Part shown: one piece after another, positions 25,951-38,481 of the stretch
Layout of the letters: each line of letters opens with the position of its first letter
How positions within the stretch are numbered: the first letter of the stretch is position 1
Assembly: GCA_964016885.1 (NCBI GenBank)
Contig: OZ024747.1
Coordinates: 3,038,001-3,102,000, forward strand
Reading direction: 5' to 3'
Source: Eledone cirrhosa
Lineage: Eukaryota
DNA length: 64,000 nt
Position numbers and translations under genes: made by a program
The notes under the pieces: generated by a model
Seen by the model: the letters and a program-made list of their open reading frames with translations, nothing else
Database searches by the model: none
What the model was told of the DNA's origin: nothing

Positions 25951-28900
25951 TAGGAAGAGCAGGAGAAATCGTAGAAATGGTAGAGCGAAAGGAAGTTGAT
26001 GTATGCTGTGTGCAAGAGACTAGATGGAGAGGAGGGTCTGCTAGAGTCCTTGTAGGAAAAAGTCAGTGCTACAAATTTTTCTGGGTGGGAAATGACGATG
26101 GGATGGGTGGTGTAGGTATACTATTAGCTGACAAGTGGGTAGATAAAGTAATCTCAGTGTACAGGGTAAATGCAAGAATCATTAAACTCAGACTAGTCCT
26201 GAATAAGACAATTACCACAATAATATCAGCTTACGCACCCCAATCGGGGCTGCCAGACGAACTTAAGGATAGGTTTTACGAGTCCCTAATACACACTACT
26301 GCTCTAACAGACGACAAGGACTTCCTAATCATTGCAGGAGATTTTAACGGACACGTAGGTAAACACTGCGACGGCTTCAATAGAGTACATGGAGGCCATG
26401 GAGTTGGCACAAGGAATCAGGAAGGATTCAGACTTCTAGAATTCTGCGACGCCAATGACATGTCGATATGTAACACAAACTTTAAAAAACCCGACCACCA
26501 CCTGATCACCTATAGATCAGGGGAGCACTCTAGTCAGTTAGATTTTATCCTCATCAGAGGACGTGACAGATGGACGGTCGTAAACACAAAAGCCTTCCCT
26601 AGTGAGGAATGTACATCCCAACATAGCTTAGTTGTCAGCGACCTCACGGTCAGAACTAGACGAACCCGGAAACAGAGGCCAACCTGGAGAAGAAAGATCT
26701 GGAAGCTGAAAGTCCCCTCAACCAGTAACAGATTTAAAGATATTTTACTCAATGCCTACGACAGTAAAGAAGAACAGATAGAGACATTTAACGTAGAAGA
26801 GAACTGGGAGTTCCTAAAAAATAACTTACTAGAGGCGACGGATGAGGTTTGTGGTTTCAAGCAGGAGGAGAGTGACTTGGTGGTGGAACAATAAGGTAGA
26901 TGAAGCAGTCAAGGCCAAGAGACAGGCATGGAAAGAATGGAAGAACGGGGGGAGCAGGGTACATTACATAGAGACCAAGAGGGAAGCTAGGCGACAAGTA
27001 TACTTAGCTAGGAGGGAAGCAGAGGATAGAAAATTCAAGCATGTTTTACAACGTGAGGACCAGAAACAGGAGGTATTCAAGATTGCGAGGCAGTGTGTCA
27101 GAGATAGTTGTGATGTCATTGGAGAGAAGTGTATCCGGAATGATAAAGGTGAGCTTGCCCTCACAAGTGCTGAGAAGAAAGATGCATGGAAGAGTCATTA
27201 TGATAGATTACTAAATGAGGAGAATGCATGGGAAGAAGAGACCCTACCCCACGTAGACCCTATAGAGGGACCAGCAGTACAAGTCAGCGGCAGCGTAGTA
27301 AGTAAGGCAATCAGAGATATGAAGATAGGGAAGGCAACCGGTCCATCGGGTATAGCTGCCGAGATGCTGAAGGCATCTGGGTCTGTAGGTCACACTATAA
27401 CCACACGTATCGTTAACCAGGTAATACTAGAGGGGGCCATATCAAAAGATTGGTGCAGTAGCATCATTGTCAACTGCTACAAAGGTAAAGGCGATGCACT
27501 AGATAGAGGAAACTATAGAGGTATAAAGTTGATGGACCAGGTCATGAAAGTAACAGAAAGAGTTATAGCACAGCTGATTAGGGACCGGGTGAATATAGAC
27601 GAGATGCAATTTGGGTTTGTACCAGGGAAAGGCACCACTGATGCCCTCTTCCTTGTGAGGCAATTACAGGAAAAGTACCTAGCTAAAAGTAAGCCACTCT
27701 ACTTGGCATTTGTCGACCTTGAGAAAGCCTTTGACAGAGTTCCACGAGCAGTAATCTGGTGGGCTCTTAGAAAACTAGGAGTAGATGAATGGCTTGTGAA
27801 AGCGGTACAAGCCATGTATAGGGGAGCAGTCAGCAAAGTTAGGATTAGCAATGAGTATAGCGAGGAATTTAGCGTACAGGTTGGGGTCCACCAGGACTCT
27901 GTTCTTAGCCCTCTCCTGTTCATCATAGTCCTGCAGGCAATAACGGAGGAGTTTAAGACCGGATGCCCATGGGAACTCCTGTATGCTGATGACCTCGCAC
28001 TCATAGCTGAATCTATGGTAGAACTAGAGAAGAAATTCCAAACCTGGAAGCAGGGACTAGAGAGAAAGGGCCTCAAAGTCAACATGACAAAGACTAAGGT
28101 CCTTATAAGTAGACGAGAAAACAGAACCCAGATCCCCTCAGGGAAATGGCCTTGCTCAGTATGTAGGAAAGGTGTAGGTAGGAACTCCATTCTCTGCCCC
28201 AAATGCAAACAATGGGTACACAAGAGATGTAGCGGGATCTCAGGAAGCTTAATTAAGAATGTAGGCTTCACATGCAGCAGCTGTGCTGAAACAGCAAGCA
28301 AACAGCCACAGGAAACAAGTACCACCAATCTCTGGGAGGGCCCTGTAGAAACAGTAGACAGCTTCTGCTACCTAGGTGACCGAATTAGCAGCGGAGGTGG
28401 GTGCTCAGAAAGTACAATAACTAGGGTAAGAACGGGATGGAAGAAGTTTAGGGAACTACTACCACTGCTAGCTGCAAAAGGCTTCTCCCTCAGAATGAAA
28501 GGCAGACTGTATGATGCGTGTATCTGAACAGCGATGTTGCATGGTAGTGAGACCTGGGCGCTGAAGGTGGAAGACTTACGTAGATTAGAGAGAAACGAAG
28601 CCTGCATGCTCCGATGGATGTGTAACAGTAATATACGTGAACGACAAAGCATAAAGGAATTGAGAGAGAGACTGAGCATAAGAGGAATCAAATGCTGCGT
28701 GCAGGAGAGGCGGTTACGCTGGTATGGACATGTGATGCGTATGAAGGATGACAGCTGCATAAAAAGGTGCAGAGCACTAGAAGTTGATGGAAACCGCGGA
28801 GTGGGGAGACCCAAGATGACTTGGGATGAGGTGATAAAAGCCGACCTTACCCAACTACACCTCTCAAAGTCAATGACACACGACCGTGACTTCTGGCGTC

Positions 28901-29235
28901 ACGCAGTAATACAGGGTACCCGACCTCCCATGGGTACATGCTGAAGCATATAAACAATATGCCCCCACACCCCCACCGCAAGGTGGTCGTGGAGGTGCCA
29001 CGGCAAAAAAGCACCCAGCCCACACTGTAAAGTGGACGTGTAGGCGCCACGAAAAAGCACCCAGCACTCACTGTAAATGAGGTTGGTGTTAGGAAGGGCA
29101 TCCAGCTGTAGAAATCAAGCCAGATCAGTTCCTGTATGAGCAAGGCATGGTCAACCGACCAGACACTGCCCACAACAGGACAACCCGTCTAACCCCTGCT
29201 AGCGTGGAAGAACGGACGTAAAACGGTGATGATGA

Positions 29236-29238
<3 letters not shown>
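25951..29238 (+). mobile_element. RTE-clade LINE retrotransposon, 5'-truncated, disrupted ORF (APE endonuclease, RT, embedded PHD finger)
   Basis: APE motifs [30 protein letters not shown] motifs NYRGIKL, QFGF, FVDLEKAFD, YADD, YLG, GSETW, RLRWYGHV. Frameshift near 26860 and in-frame TGA at 28525-28527. 3' (GAT)n tail. Both ends are embedded in (TA)n. Confidence 0.95.
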
Positions 29239-29291
<53 letters not shown>

Positions 29292-29316
29292 TTATGTATA
29301 TATATGTATATACATG

Positions 29317-29353
<37 letters not shown>

Positions 29354-29449
29354 GTATGTATGTATTTATGTATATATATATATATATACATGTATGTATG
29401 TATATATATTTATACATATATATATTCATAGATATATATATATATATAT

Positions 29450-29482
<33 letters not shown>

Positions 29483-29726
29483 ATGTATGCATGTGTAGAT
29501 AGAGGGAGAGGGAAAGAGACCAGTTAGTTAGTTATTCTATATAAAGACTTGAACGAAACACCAAAGAAACTCTAATATCAGTAATGAAGTTATTTCACCT
29601 GTTTTTGATGAAACATAAAACGAGAACAAATTAAGCAAATGGACATCTCATGAAAAAGTCATTGGAAGGATCAAAAAGAAAAGATTTACAATTTGTCACA
29701 CTTTCTTCTCACACCAAAAAACTGAT

Positions 29727-29916
<190 letters not shown>

Positions 29917-32249
29917 ATGATTTACCAAAAAAATAAATAAAGAAAATGATAGATAAAAATAAAGAAAGAAAACAAAAAATGAAATCTCCAATATGACACT
30001 CCAAAGCAATCACATATTAGGATATATCTTCCACAGACTCTAGACTATTGATTTCAAATCAAGGCTTCATTAACAGAGAGGTTGTAAAAGAAATATTTTC
30101 CTTCGAGATAAAGTCATTGATTAATTCACCACAACTAATCTAATGCAATCTCCACGAAGCCGGTAGTGGAATTTTTCCCCCCTCGATCTATATATTTATA
30201 AGTCATTTACATTCCTACTTACTTACTACTCATTTTTCTGAATAACAACAACATATATACATATAAAACAAAGCAAAAACAATACACAATGAAACTATTT
30301 TTTAAATGATAATAATAAGAACATAAAACATTCTATCATATTTGAAAATGATCTTTAAATATAAATTATTTCTCTGAATCTGGTCTGATATATTCTCCTT
30401 ATATCTCACTGAGGAAGTATTGACTGTTCTCTGCCTCAAGCACTCTAAAACCACCTGCTGACTTCAAACAAATCCCTCCGCCAAATTTCTATTCTACATA
30501 TGTGGCTTCCGAGTAAAACATTACTTCCAAAAATAAGATACATCCTTGCATGCAGTAATGGAGTTGCCTCCGTTCTCTGCCCTCGTTAACTTATCAGACT
30601 CTGCCTATTATACTTGCAGTTTTAATAATTTTCAAAATAACATTTTTCACCATCTCTGTACATATGTATTTGTATAAAAGGAACCCATTGCCATCTATTT
30701 CATTAATAAATAAGATTGTTTTTCAAGATTCTAAGCGTTCTTGTAATCACGAGAGCATGTTTAACACCCAGCTTAACTTTAATCCATTTCGACACTTTGA
30801 TTTACCTATAAAATACACACACATATATCATATATACACACACACACACCAAACATCCATAAATATATGAATATACACAAACAGACATAAATACATCTAC
30901 ACATATATAAACACATATACAGAAACATGCCTCCACACTCACACATACACAGATCACACACATGCACAGATCACATGCACACACAAACACACACATACAC
31001 ACACATATGTCACACATACACAAATTGGAGATTTTAGTCTATAGCCATAACTACCACAATTTACTTAGTACATCAACAGTTTGTGGTCATTAATGGAGTA
31101 TCATCATTGTCCATCTCTCTATGGTACAAATTGTATCATGTGGTAATGTGCTTGTGTGTCTATGTGTGTGTGTTTGTATGTCTGTGTGTCTGTGTGTGTG
31201 TGCAAGTGTGTGTGTGTGTCAGTGTATATGTGCATGCACACATATATATATGTATGTATTTTCAGCAGTAACAGTTCTTCAGCATTTCATTTCTTCTTTT
31301 CCTTTCTTGTTTGTTGTTGTTAGAAGACCAATCCTTGTATGAAATATGCATCCACACAATCTGTGCTTCTTAGATGGAGAGTCACGAGGTTTTAATTCCT
31401 AATCTTTAAATTTCTCTCATTTGTCCTCACAATTTCTGTAAATTTCTTGTTCAAACATTTCTGCAGCAATCAAGATTGTTTGTCAACAGAGTTTGCAATT
31501 TGCTGTTTGTTCTTTCCAGGTTTACAAACTGGTGTTAGTCTTCTTCATAGACTGGCTAAGTTGAACTTTGAATCAATATATAGGATCTGGCAGGGCAGCT
31601 TTTCATATGAATTGATGTTTGATGGTGGATTGATGGACCCAGACCTCCTGAGGGAGTTGTATGGGTCCCACATACAGTAGTTCTATAGCATTCTTTAAAC
31701 CTGTCAGAGCTCATCTCGTCTCCAGGTCTTAATACAAGAGAGGGGGGTGGGAGTGAGACGGAGGTGGAGAGAATGAGTCGACCCCAGTTGTAGACTGGTT
31801 CAGTTTTTATAGTAGCTACAATCTCTCAAGGGTTTCTAGGCTGGTAATATACTTAACTCAGTAAATGTTCATAACAGATCAAATGTTCTTCTGCAGAAAG
31901 TGGTCATTTCTTATGTCTAGATGGATTAGATTTCATGTTTTATATCTGGTGTCTGTAAAGTTGAAATAACAGCAGTTTGTTAAACCATATATTTGGTTTG
32001 TTTTAAATTTTTGTTTCTTTAGTCATAGTGGGAATGTCTTCCAAAAGCAACATGGCCAGTATAGACATCCATTTTCAATACCTATTTCAGAATTGTATTC
32101 AGGATCAAATGTAGAACTTGGAGGCCCCAGGGTTGTTCAAGTTTCAAGGTCGGAGATCACTGAAATAACATCAGTGACTTTCATAAATCCTGTATATATG
32201 ATGGCTCCAAACTCTGCTAAGAGTATTGCAATTGCTTGTCAGATGCAGA

Positions 32250-32480
32250 TGTGTGATGCTCGGATATGGCTTTTCAAGCCTGCTAGAGACTTGCACTCCT
32301 TCGCACACTGACGACAACTATGGATCTCCCTGGCCTCAGGTCTTGCATTAGGTTGCCTGTGAACCTTCACAATACATTGGAGATCATAGTTCACTGGTTC
32401 TCTTTGAACATGGCTGTGACTGGCTCCTGAGACCAGAGTTGCTCAAGCAAATCTTTCCACACTCAGGGCATACCAGTTCT
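32250..32480 (-). pseudogene. Decayed fragment with two C2H2-like zinc fingers
   Basis: Minus-strand peptides LVCPECGKICLSNSGLRS and HSCRQCAKECKSLAGLKSHIRASH (C-x2-C-x12-H-x4-H). Confidence 0.55.
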
Positions 32481-32597
32481 TTGAAGTAAACAATCAGTAT
32501 GAGCAAACATCTGAGCATAAGTTTGTGTAATCTGAGATAACCCTGGATTAAACAACCCAACAACAACTAGTAATTTATAAGCAGCAGCTAAATGTAA

Positions 32598-33000
32598 TAA
32601 TTGTTTCTACTTTTGGCACAAGGCCAGCAATTATTCCAGTGTATTACTGGTACTTTATTTTATCGACCCCGTAAGGATGAAAGGCAGAGTTAACCCTGAC
32701 AGGATCTGAACTCACACCGTAAAGGGTCGTAACTCTATACTGAATAGCATGGCGTCTGACTCTCTACCAATACTGCCAATCCTAGCCAAGTACTAGGGTT
32801 GATTTAATCAACTGTACCCTTCCCTCCAAATTGCTGGCCTTGTGCCTATGTTAGAAACCATCATTATTATTTTTTCTATTCTGAGTTCAAATCCCGCCGA
32901 GGTTAACTTTGCCTTTCATCCTTACGGGGTCGATAAAATAAAGTACCAGTAATGCACTGGGTAATTGCTGGCCTTGTGCCAAAAGTAGAAACAATTATTA
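32598..33000. mobile_element. tRNA-SINE family 1 cluster (minus copy 32598-32782; plus fragments 32786-32865 and 32878-33000)
   Basis: Family consensus on both strands. Confidence 0.8.
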
Positions 33001-33639
33001 TTTTTTCTATTTATTTTCCTTGTAGACAAAACAAATAAAACGAAACTATAAATAATAATTTCTCTGCTACGATATTTCAATCAGTAATAAATAGAATCAG
33101 CTGACTAAAAGACATAAGAAAACATTCCAACGACATGGTGTTATTTTATTTAAGGGAGATAACTAATGTAGCATTATTTTCCACCATGTTATTTATTTCA
33201 ACAGATTAGCAAAATAAATTATTTAATTTTCTACGTACAATCTAAAAGACCTTATACTTCTCTGTAGCTCTCTATTAGAGGAATGACAAAGTCAGAAATA
33301 TTAGATTATATATTCTTCACACCAATTAAACATATTGTATTCTCCTACAGACTTATCTATTTTTAACTACAATCATCGAATTATGAATCAGGGAAAAATA
33401 AAGTATTCATATTGGGTTAGTTTTTATATATCAATTTTGATTATGTGTGTCTATGTATTTATTTTATATACTGTGTGTCGATGTATTTATTTTATATATT
33501 GCATATATATATGTATGTATTTAATAATGTGGTAACTACCTTTAAGTATAAAGGGTGTATGGGAGAAATTAGGGATGGAGGGGATTGGGAATGGTGTGAA
33601 GATGGAAGGCGTGAAAACAGCTTGTTACTTTGGAAACAT

Positions 33640-34270
33640 GTTGAATGGAAAAGGTGGGACAGCCGAGTGACAGTAGATAGTGTAAGATGTGCAGAGAAGA
33701 AATTGCAGGAACTGAGTGGTATGTTAATTAGGAGAGGAATGCCACTGAAGGGAAAGGGGGTTTCCTGCATGTATGAGAAGTGGCATGCTGTGTGAGAGAG
33801 ATACATTGGTGATGAACGTGGAGCCAGGGTTGGATTTAAACCGTGGGGGGCTACGGGAACTTCAGATTTAGGCGACCCTTATACACAAAATATTTAGAAA
33901 ACACAGTAAATCCCCGAATTTTATATATCAAAGTTAGCTTTTGCAAGTGATTGGAAGTGAACATTTATACATACAGGTATTAAATGCAAAAATTCTAACC
34001 ATTCTAAAGCTAAAAATCCCAGCTGAGAGAACAAACAAATTGCTACGGCTATGGCTAGTGGGGCGCCCCAAGTAAGGGAGTGTGGAGCAATTGCCCCCTT
34101 TGCCCCACATTAAATATGACCCTGCTTGGAGCAGCAGAGGATGTTGGAAAGGCTGGAAATAAGAATTCAGAGAATGAGTGCAGTATTACTGAGAGAGAGG
34201 AAAATAAATAATGAATTGTAGGGGATGGTAGAGAATGAGTGATGAATGTGTGAAATGGAGTAAGATGTTT
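33640..34270 (+). mobile_element. Old RTE LINE fragment interrupted by a hAT MITE
   Basis: Peptide remnants VRCAEKKLQELSGMLIRRGMPLKGKG and VMNVE|QQRMLERLEIRI are collinear with the large LINE C-terminal region. Confidence 0.55.
33825..34124. mobile_element. hAT-type MITE
   Basis: TIRs cagggttggatttaa / ttaaatatgaccctg. 8-bp TSD cgtggagc / cttggagc. Homolog at 53148-53437. Confidence 0.8.
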
Positions 34271-34509
34271 GGGTGATAGAGAAGTAGCAGGATAGAGATA
34301 TAGTGGAGGAACAGGAAGTTTTATCAACATCAAAAGGATGATGAATAAAGTTGATCTCCGAGGGTTTTAAGCAGAGTGCAAAGAACCTCAACGAATACCG
34401 TAAAGCTGATTATCCAATATTCTTATGACATTGCCAAATCACAGCCATTAAATTCTATCATACATAGAATTATATAGAACGTATATAGAAGTATATATGA
34501 AGGTACATA

Positions 34510-34945
34510 TCTTGGTGGTTAGGGTGTAAGGCTTTCAATTGAGAGGTTGTGAGTTTGATTCTTAGACCAGGTGAGGCATTGTGTCCTTCAGTAAGACACT
34601 ATTTTTCATGTTACTTCAGTTCACTCAGCTATAGAAATGAGTTGTGACATCACTGGGGCCAAGCTGTATTGGCCATTGCCTTTCTCTTGGACAATATCAT
34701 ATATAGTGTATATATTGAGTATATATAGTGTATATGTAGTGTATACATCATAATATAAATATAGTATCTGTTGTGACATAACTGGGGCCAAGCTGTATCA
34801 GTCATTGTCTTTCCCTTAGACAACTTCGGTGGCATATAGAGGGGAGACTGTTATGCATGGCTGACTGCTGGTCTTCCACAAACAAACTTTGCCTTGGAGA
34901 GAAACCTCAAGATGCAAAACCATGGTCATTAGGTCATTAGTGACC
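34510..34945 (+). mobile_element. CORE-like tRNA-SINE, older subfamily with internal duplication
   Basis: Head and CORE-like segment resemble 16769-16910. Related fragments lie at about 41420-41575(-), 43560-43830(-), 44280-44430(-) and 54092-54240(+). Confidence 0.6.
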
Positions 34946-36445
34946 CATGAGGGCCGTTTTAAGAATACAAAAGTTAAGACATTTTTTAATTTAAAATTCT
35001 ATGAGGACTTTATTATTATCCTATTGTGGCCTAAAACAAAAGAAGAACAGATCCAAAATATGTTTGTATGAATGAATGTATATATGTGTATGCGTGTATT
35101 TCTGTCTATGTATATCTGTTTTTGTATGTATTTGTGTATACTTATATCTGTACGTGTGTTTCTATTCAAGTTATCTCATGTTCACATTCAACTATCAAAT
35201 TGGTTTCTATCCATCTTATCTCCCTTGAGTTGCTGTAACTTCATTCTGTGCTGCGTATTTGTCACAAATAAATAGAAATAGAATCTTCACAAAATATTTT
35301 TTCCTGCAACACACACACATAAATATATACCCCCTCCCCCACACACACACTTTTATCAAGGTGTGATTTGAGGGTTACGTTGCTTCTATTTTCAGCAGAT
35401 TAACTACGTTGAGATTTCCAAGCATCTAAATAAATTAAGTTTCTTATATACAACTTCTATCTATTTTAATTATTATTCCATAAATATTGTTACTTCTTTT
35501 CAATATTAATTAATTGTCAAGGGCTGAGTTGTGAGGAAATCCTGTGAAGTAAATGTAAATTTGTGGACTTGGAACTCTAATCTGATTTAATCGATAACAT
35601 ATTTGTTTATCTATGTATTTATTCCAGAAAAAATGGTAACTCAAACTTGTATCTTAATTCTATTAACCTATCAATGTCCTTATCAAGTGCATGTGTTGAG
35701 GTTCTCTCTCTTTCACTCACTGCCTCAGTCTCTCTCCCTCTCCCCATCTCTCTCTTTCACTGCCTCCATCTCTATCTTTCACTGCCTCAGTCTCTCTCAC
35801 TCTGCCCGTCTCTCTCTTTCACTGCCTCCGTCTCTCTCACTCTCCCTATCTCTCACTATTATAAGAAAATGGGCACTAACATGCTGATTTAATTACTATT
35901 ACATCAAATAGAAAAATGGTAGAGCCATTAGAATGCCAGATAGAATGCTTTTGGGTAGTCATTCCGGCTCTCTGCTCTTTGAGTTCAAATCCCACCAAGA
36001 TCAATTTTGCCTTTCATCCTTTCGAGGTCAATGATAAAATGTACCAGTCTAATACTGGAGTCCATTCTTCCTCTATATCTCTTTTTCACTTCCTCTTTCT
36101 CACTCTCTATCATTCTCTGGAAGAAATCTGTTGTATTCAGACCTGGAGAGGGATGGGCTCTGCCAAGCTTAAAAATGCTGTATGCTACTACAGTGCCCTC
36201 TACAACTCCATCAGTAGTTACGGGACCTTAGCGTACCATACACCAAGTTTCATTGTTTCTGTTATTTTATCATAACATATTCCAGTTAGTTTAGTCTCAG
36301 TTTTCCTCAGATCTTATCTATATATATATAACACAAGCACACATCAACACACATCAACACACATCAACACACATTAACACACATCAACACACATCAAATC
36401 AAGGAAATATATAAATTCCAAATATCTCAATTTGCCATCATTATA

Positions 36446-36888
36446 TTGGCAGAATCGGTAGAGCATCGGACAACATGCCTTGTGGTGTATAGTTATGGCC
36501 TTTTATATTGAGTTCAAATCCTGCTGAGGTTAGCTTAGCCTTTCATTCTAACAGATTCGATAAAATAAAGTACCAGTAATGTACTAGGGCTGATTTAATC
36601 AGATTCCCCCTCCCCCAAAAATTGTTGGCATTATGCCTAAATCAGAAACTATTATTACTTGTGGGCAGTGGATTGGCAAGTAATTGGTAGAGCATCAAAT
36701 AACATGCTTTGTGGCATTGAGTTACAACCCTTTATGTTCTGAGTTCAAATCCCACTATGGTTAGCTTTGTTTTTCATCCTTACAGGGTTGATTAAATAAA
36801 GTATACCAGTAACACACTGGGGTCGATTTAATAAAATTTCCCCTCCCCTTCAAATTGAAAGCCTTGTGCCAAAAGTAGAAACAATTAT
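36446..36888 (+). mobile_element. Two tandem tRNA-SINE family 1 copies (long variant)
   Basis: Family consensus with an extra gatttaatc..ttcccctcccc segment. A degenerate copy lies at about 35915-36060. Confidence 0.8.
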
Positions 36889-36902
36889 TCATCCTTATGT
36901 TA

Positions 36903-37277
36903 TACTCTCGGGTCTCGAATAAGCTTTGCTCCCCTCCATGCTTATTAATTTTTCAGATTTTTTCCAGCACCCACACACACTTATTAAATTTTGATAATCT
37001 ATCTCTGACAAAATTCTATTTTAAGTGGTACCATTCCTGCAACAATTAATGTTCTTTTGACATTAAAAAAACCATTATACATGACAAAAAAAGTACATTA
37101 CTAGAAATCTCAAATATTATAAAATAAATAGGATGGGTTGGGGATCTCAATATGTAAATTAAACAACTAATTCTAGTTTTTTAAAAATCAATGAAGACAA
37201 CCTAGAAAAATTACTGATTTTCCAACACCCCCTCCCTGTCTATTCCAGCCCCACCTATTATTTGCAACCCTAAAGTA
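36903..37277. mobile_element. Tc1/mariner-type MITE with TACTCT.GGGT termini
   Basis: TIRs tactctcgggtctcgaataa / ttatttgcaaccctaaagta. Related copy 54533-54812 has tactctcaggtcatgaataat / attatttgggacccaagagta. Confidence 0.6.
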
Positions 37278-37635
37278 CCGTACACTTCAACTAGATGTCT
37301 TTTTGAAGTCTATCAATGAAAATGGTGGGTTATCCCCCATGGATAATTCATTCACGTGTTCACTACCATCGCAGTGATCTGTCAATTACAATCTTTACTC
37401 AGGTATCTTTTGAGTTAATTTTGCCAGACCATAATAAACTTCTATATTCATAGCTTGGCTCTTCCAAGTGATAAGAACCATGCATAACATATGGGTGTAT
37501 ATTATGTTATACATACAAACATACCTATATAGGTATGTTTGTATGGCTCGAATTATTACAGACATCTCTACACTTTATATGTTTCATTCTGTCATAGTAG
37601 TGCATCTGAGCACTGTACACAATAATATCAATTGT

Positions 37636-37809
37636 TAGTATCGGTAGAGGGTCAGACACCATGCTTTCTAGCATAGAGTTACGGCCCTTGCCATTCTGAG
37701 TTGAAATCCCGCCGAGGTTAACTTTGCCTTTCATCCTTACAGGGTCGATAAAATAAAGTACCAGTAATACACTGGGATAATTGCTGGCCTTGTGCCAAAA
37801 GTAGAAACA

Positions 37810-37860
<51 letters not shown>

Positions 37861-38481
37861 CAGGGCAGTATTGGTAGAAAGTTGGACACCATGCTTTCCA
37901 GCTTAGAGTTACGTCCCTTTGCAGACTGAGTTCCAATTCCACAGAGGTTAACTTTGCCTTTCATCCTTACGGGGTCGATAAAATAGGTTCACGTCAGTAT
38001 TGAGGTGTAGAGCTAGACAGAGTGTAGTATAATAAAATAAAACAAGGACGAGTGGTTAACCCTTCATTACGTTTATTGGTTGGTGACGCGCGTTTCACCA
38101 CCAATCAGCTCAAGGTTCGATCTGTATTGATTTAGCCAGATTCATTACCACCAAAAAAGGGTCCGACGAGCCGTTGATTACAGAGTTGAGCTAGATTGAT
38201 ACAGATCAAACCTTGAGCTGATCAGTAGTGAAACACGTGTCACCAACCAATAAAAATAATGAAGGAGTAACCACTTGTCCTTGTTTTATTTTATTATATA
38301 TAAGGGCGGTGGATTGGCAGTATCGGTAGAGGGTCGGACGCCATGCTTTCCAGCATAGTTACGTCCCTTTACGATCTGAGTTCAAATCCCGCCGAGGTTG
38401 ACTTTGCCTTTCATCCTTACGGGGTCGATAAAATAAAGTACCAGTAATGAACTGGCCTTGTGCCTAAAGTAGAAACAATTA
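37636..38481 (+). mobile_element. tRNA-SINE family 1 cluster (37636-37812, 37862-37985 truncated, 38303-38481) flanking fold-back element D
   Basis: Family consensus. The first copy has an (ATT)n tail. Confidence 0.8.
37986..38298 (-). mobile_element. Fold-back element family D with minimal hammerhead signature
   Basis: Inverted arms 38028-38136 / 38190-38298. GAAA-cacgtg-TC (+) and GAAA-cgcgcg-TC (-) have palindromic stem III. Degenerate core CCGACGA at 38163-38169. ~40 nt unpaired tail on the left. Confidence 0.7.

Noticed and set aside
27699-28814. Long minus-strand ORFs (209 aa, 148 aa)
   Set aside because: They are antisense shadows of the LINE ORF.
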